Positions 62,734 through 64,000 of a DNA stretch of 64,000 nt are shown here, one piece after another. Below the pieces are notes generated by a model that saw nothing but the letters and a program-made list of their open reading frames with translations, searched no databases and was not told where the DNA came from. The translations under genes were made by a program, and so were the position numbers. The stretch covers positions 28,296,307 through 28,360,306 of the forward strand of contig OZ316892.1 of assembly GCA_973895155.1 (NCBI GenBank), in the 5' to 3' direction. This DNA comes from Marsupella aquatica (lineage: Eukaryota > Plantae > Marchantiophyta). Position 1 is the first letter of the stretch. Every line of letters starts with the position of its first letter.

Positions 62734-64000
62734 ATGACCAACCTCGAGAAACTCAACTTTCCAGCACTTGACATCGATGGTAGTAACTACCTGGAATGGT
62801 CAATGAACCTTAGAGAGAACCTTACATCGCTAACCCTACTCCCAGCGATAGGAATGGCTCAACCCATCCTTGCCGGCGAACCCCAACCAGATCCATTAAC
62901 TAAAGCCAACGAATCAAAAGCCCTAGTATTCCTGAGACGCCACATCCATAGATTCCTCCAGAGACAATACATGCACCTTTCGACCCCTCGGGAACTATGG
63001 ACAGCCCTCCAAACCCGATTTGACCACCAAAAACTGGTCGAACTACCTAAAGCCAGGCAAGACTGGCTAAACTTGCGAGTCCAGGACTTTACCTCTATCT
63101 CAGCCTACAATAGCGAACTCTTTAGAATATCCTCAACCCTCGCACTATGTGGCGAGCCGGTCACGGACAAGGATCTGCTAGAGAAGACCTTGTCGACATT
63201 TCACTCATCGAATGTGTGGCTATCAACACAGTATCGAAACATGAAGTTCGGGCAATACTCCGAGCTCATAGCCACCTTCTAGTCACAGAGAGAAACCAAG
63301 AACTCCTCTTAGTTAACTCTAGAAAACGTCCTGCGGGCACACTGCCCTCAGGATCATAGAGTGAAACACATCTTACCGACACCGTTGAACCCTCCACATC
63401 AAGGCAGGGCATTAAGCGCAGTAGGAATGACAACCATAGAAACAACCCCAACAGGGGGAGTTTCTTTAACCAACGCCCACAACACAATTTCAGCCGGTCC
63501 TTTAGTGGACGTGGAGGACGCGGAGGACGTGGAGGACGCGATGGACGCGGCAGACGCGGAGGACGAGGTGGACGTGGCGGCCGCGGTGGTGGTAGACCAT
63601 ACAACAACAACCGTAGGAATGATCGGTCACAACCCTGACAACAACGGGAATGACCGAAATGCCATGAATGTGGCATGACAAACCACCTCGCGAGAAACTG
63701 TAGAATCCCGCAACATCTTAGAGATTTATATCAACAATCCCTCAGGGACGGACAAACCTCTAGGGCACCACCCTGTGAAACCCACGGGGCGTTTATGGAA
63801 TCTAGCGACCCATTCCAAGACTTTTCAGACCTACCTGCCCAACCAGAGGCACACTTAGTGGCAAGTAGCTCCACTACACCAGATTTAAATAGCCCAAGCA
63901 CATGTATTATCGATAGTGCGACCACACACACTATCCTCAGGGATAGGCACCTTTTCCACAAGATTACACCCTCACGTAGATCCCTGACCACTATAAATGG
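62734..64000 (+). pseudogene. Ty1/Copia (Bianca-like) gag-protease, disrupted, truncated by the window end
   Basis: LNFPALDIDGSNYLEW, LWTALQTRFDHQK, WLNLRVQDF, LLEKTLSTF. Frameshift near 63278, stops at 63357 and ~63637. RGG tract, CHECGMTNHLARNC, protease CIIDSATTHTIL. Confidence 0.88.

Overview
Eukaryotic plant nuclear DNA with GT-AG introns. The gene and TE content suggests a non-seed land plant such as a liverwort (inference only). Four apparently intact host genes: a 6-exon peroxisomal (-SRL) zeta-crystallin/quinone oxidoreductase-like MDR (1130-4401, -), an intronless F-box protein (10886-12328, +), a 3-exon ATXR1/SDG35-like SET protein (13495-15199, -) and a 6-exon IST1-like ESCRT-III regulator (44521-48882, +). 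The first ~46 kb is a collinear tandem segmental duplication whose two copies lost genes reciprocally. Copy B holds a three-level nest: an 8-bp-TSD MITE is split by an L1-clade LINE, whose 3' UTR is split by an 8.4-kb Ty3/Gypsy-type element (30112-38515, -). That element is the highlight. Its polyprotein reads Gag-protease-DNMT3-like cytosine methyltransferase-RT-RNaseH-integrase-PHD finger. It has TGTC...GACA ends and a 4-bp TSD but no duplicated LTR. A 482-bp element made of just its two different ends sits at 6209-6690 with its own 4-bp TSD. A degenerate Ty1/Copia gag-protease runs off the right edge. All alignments and identities were judged by eye.
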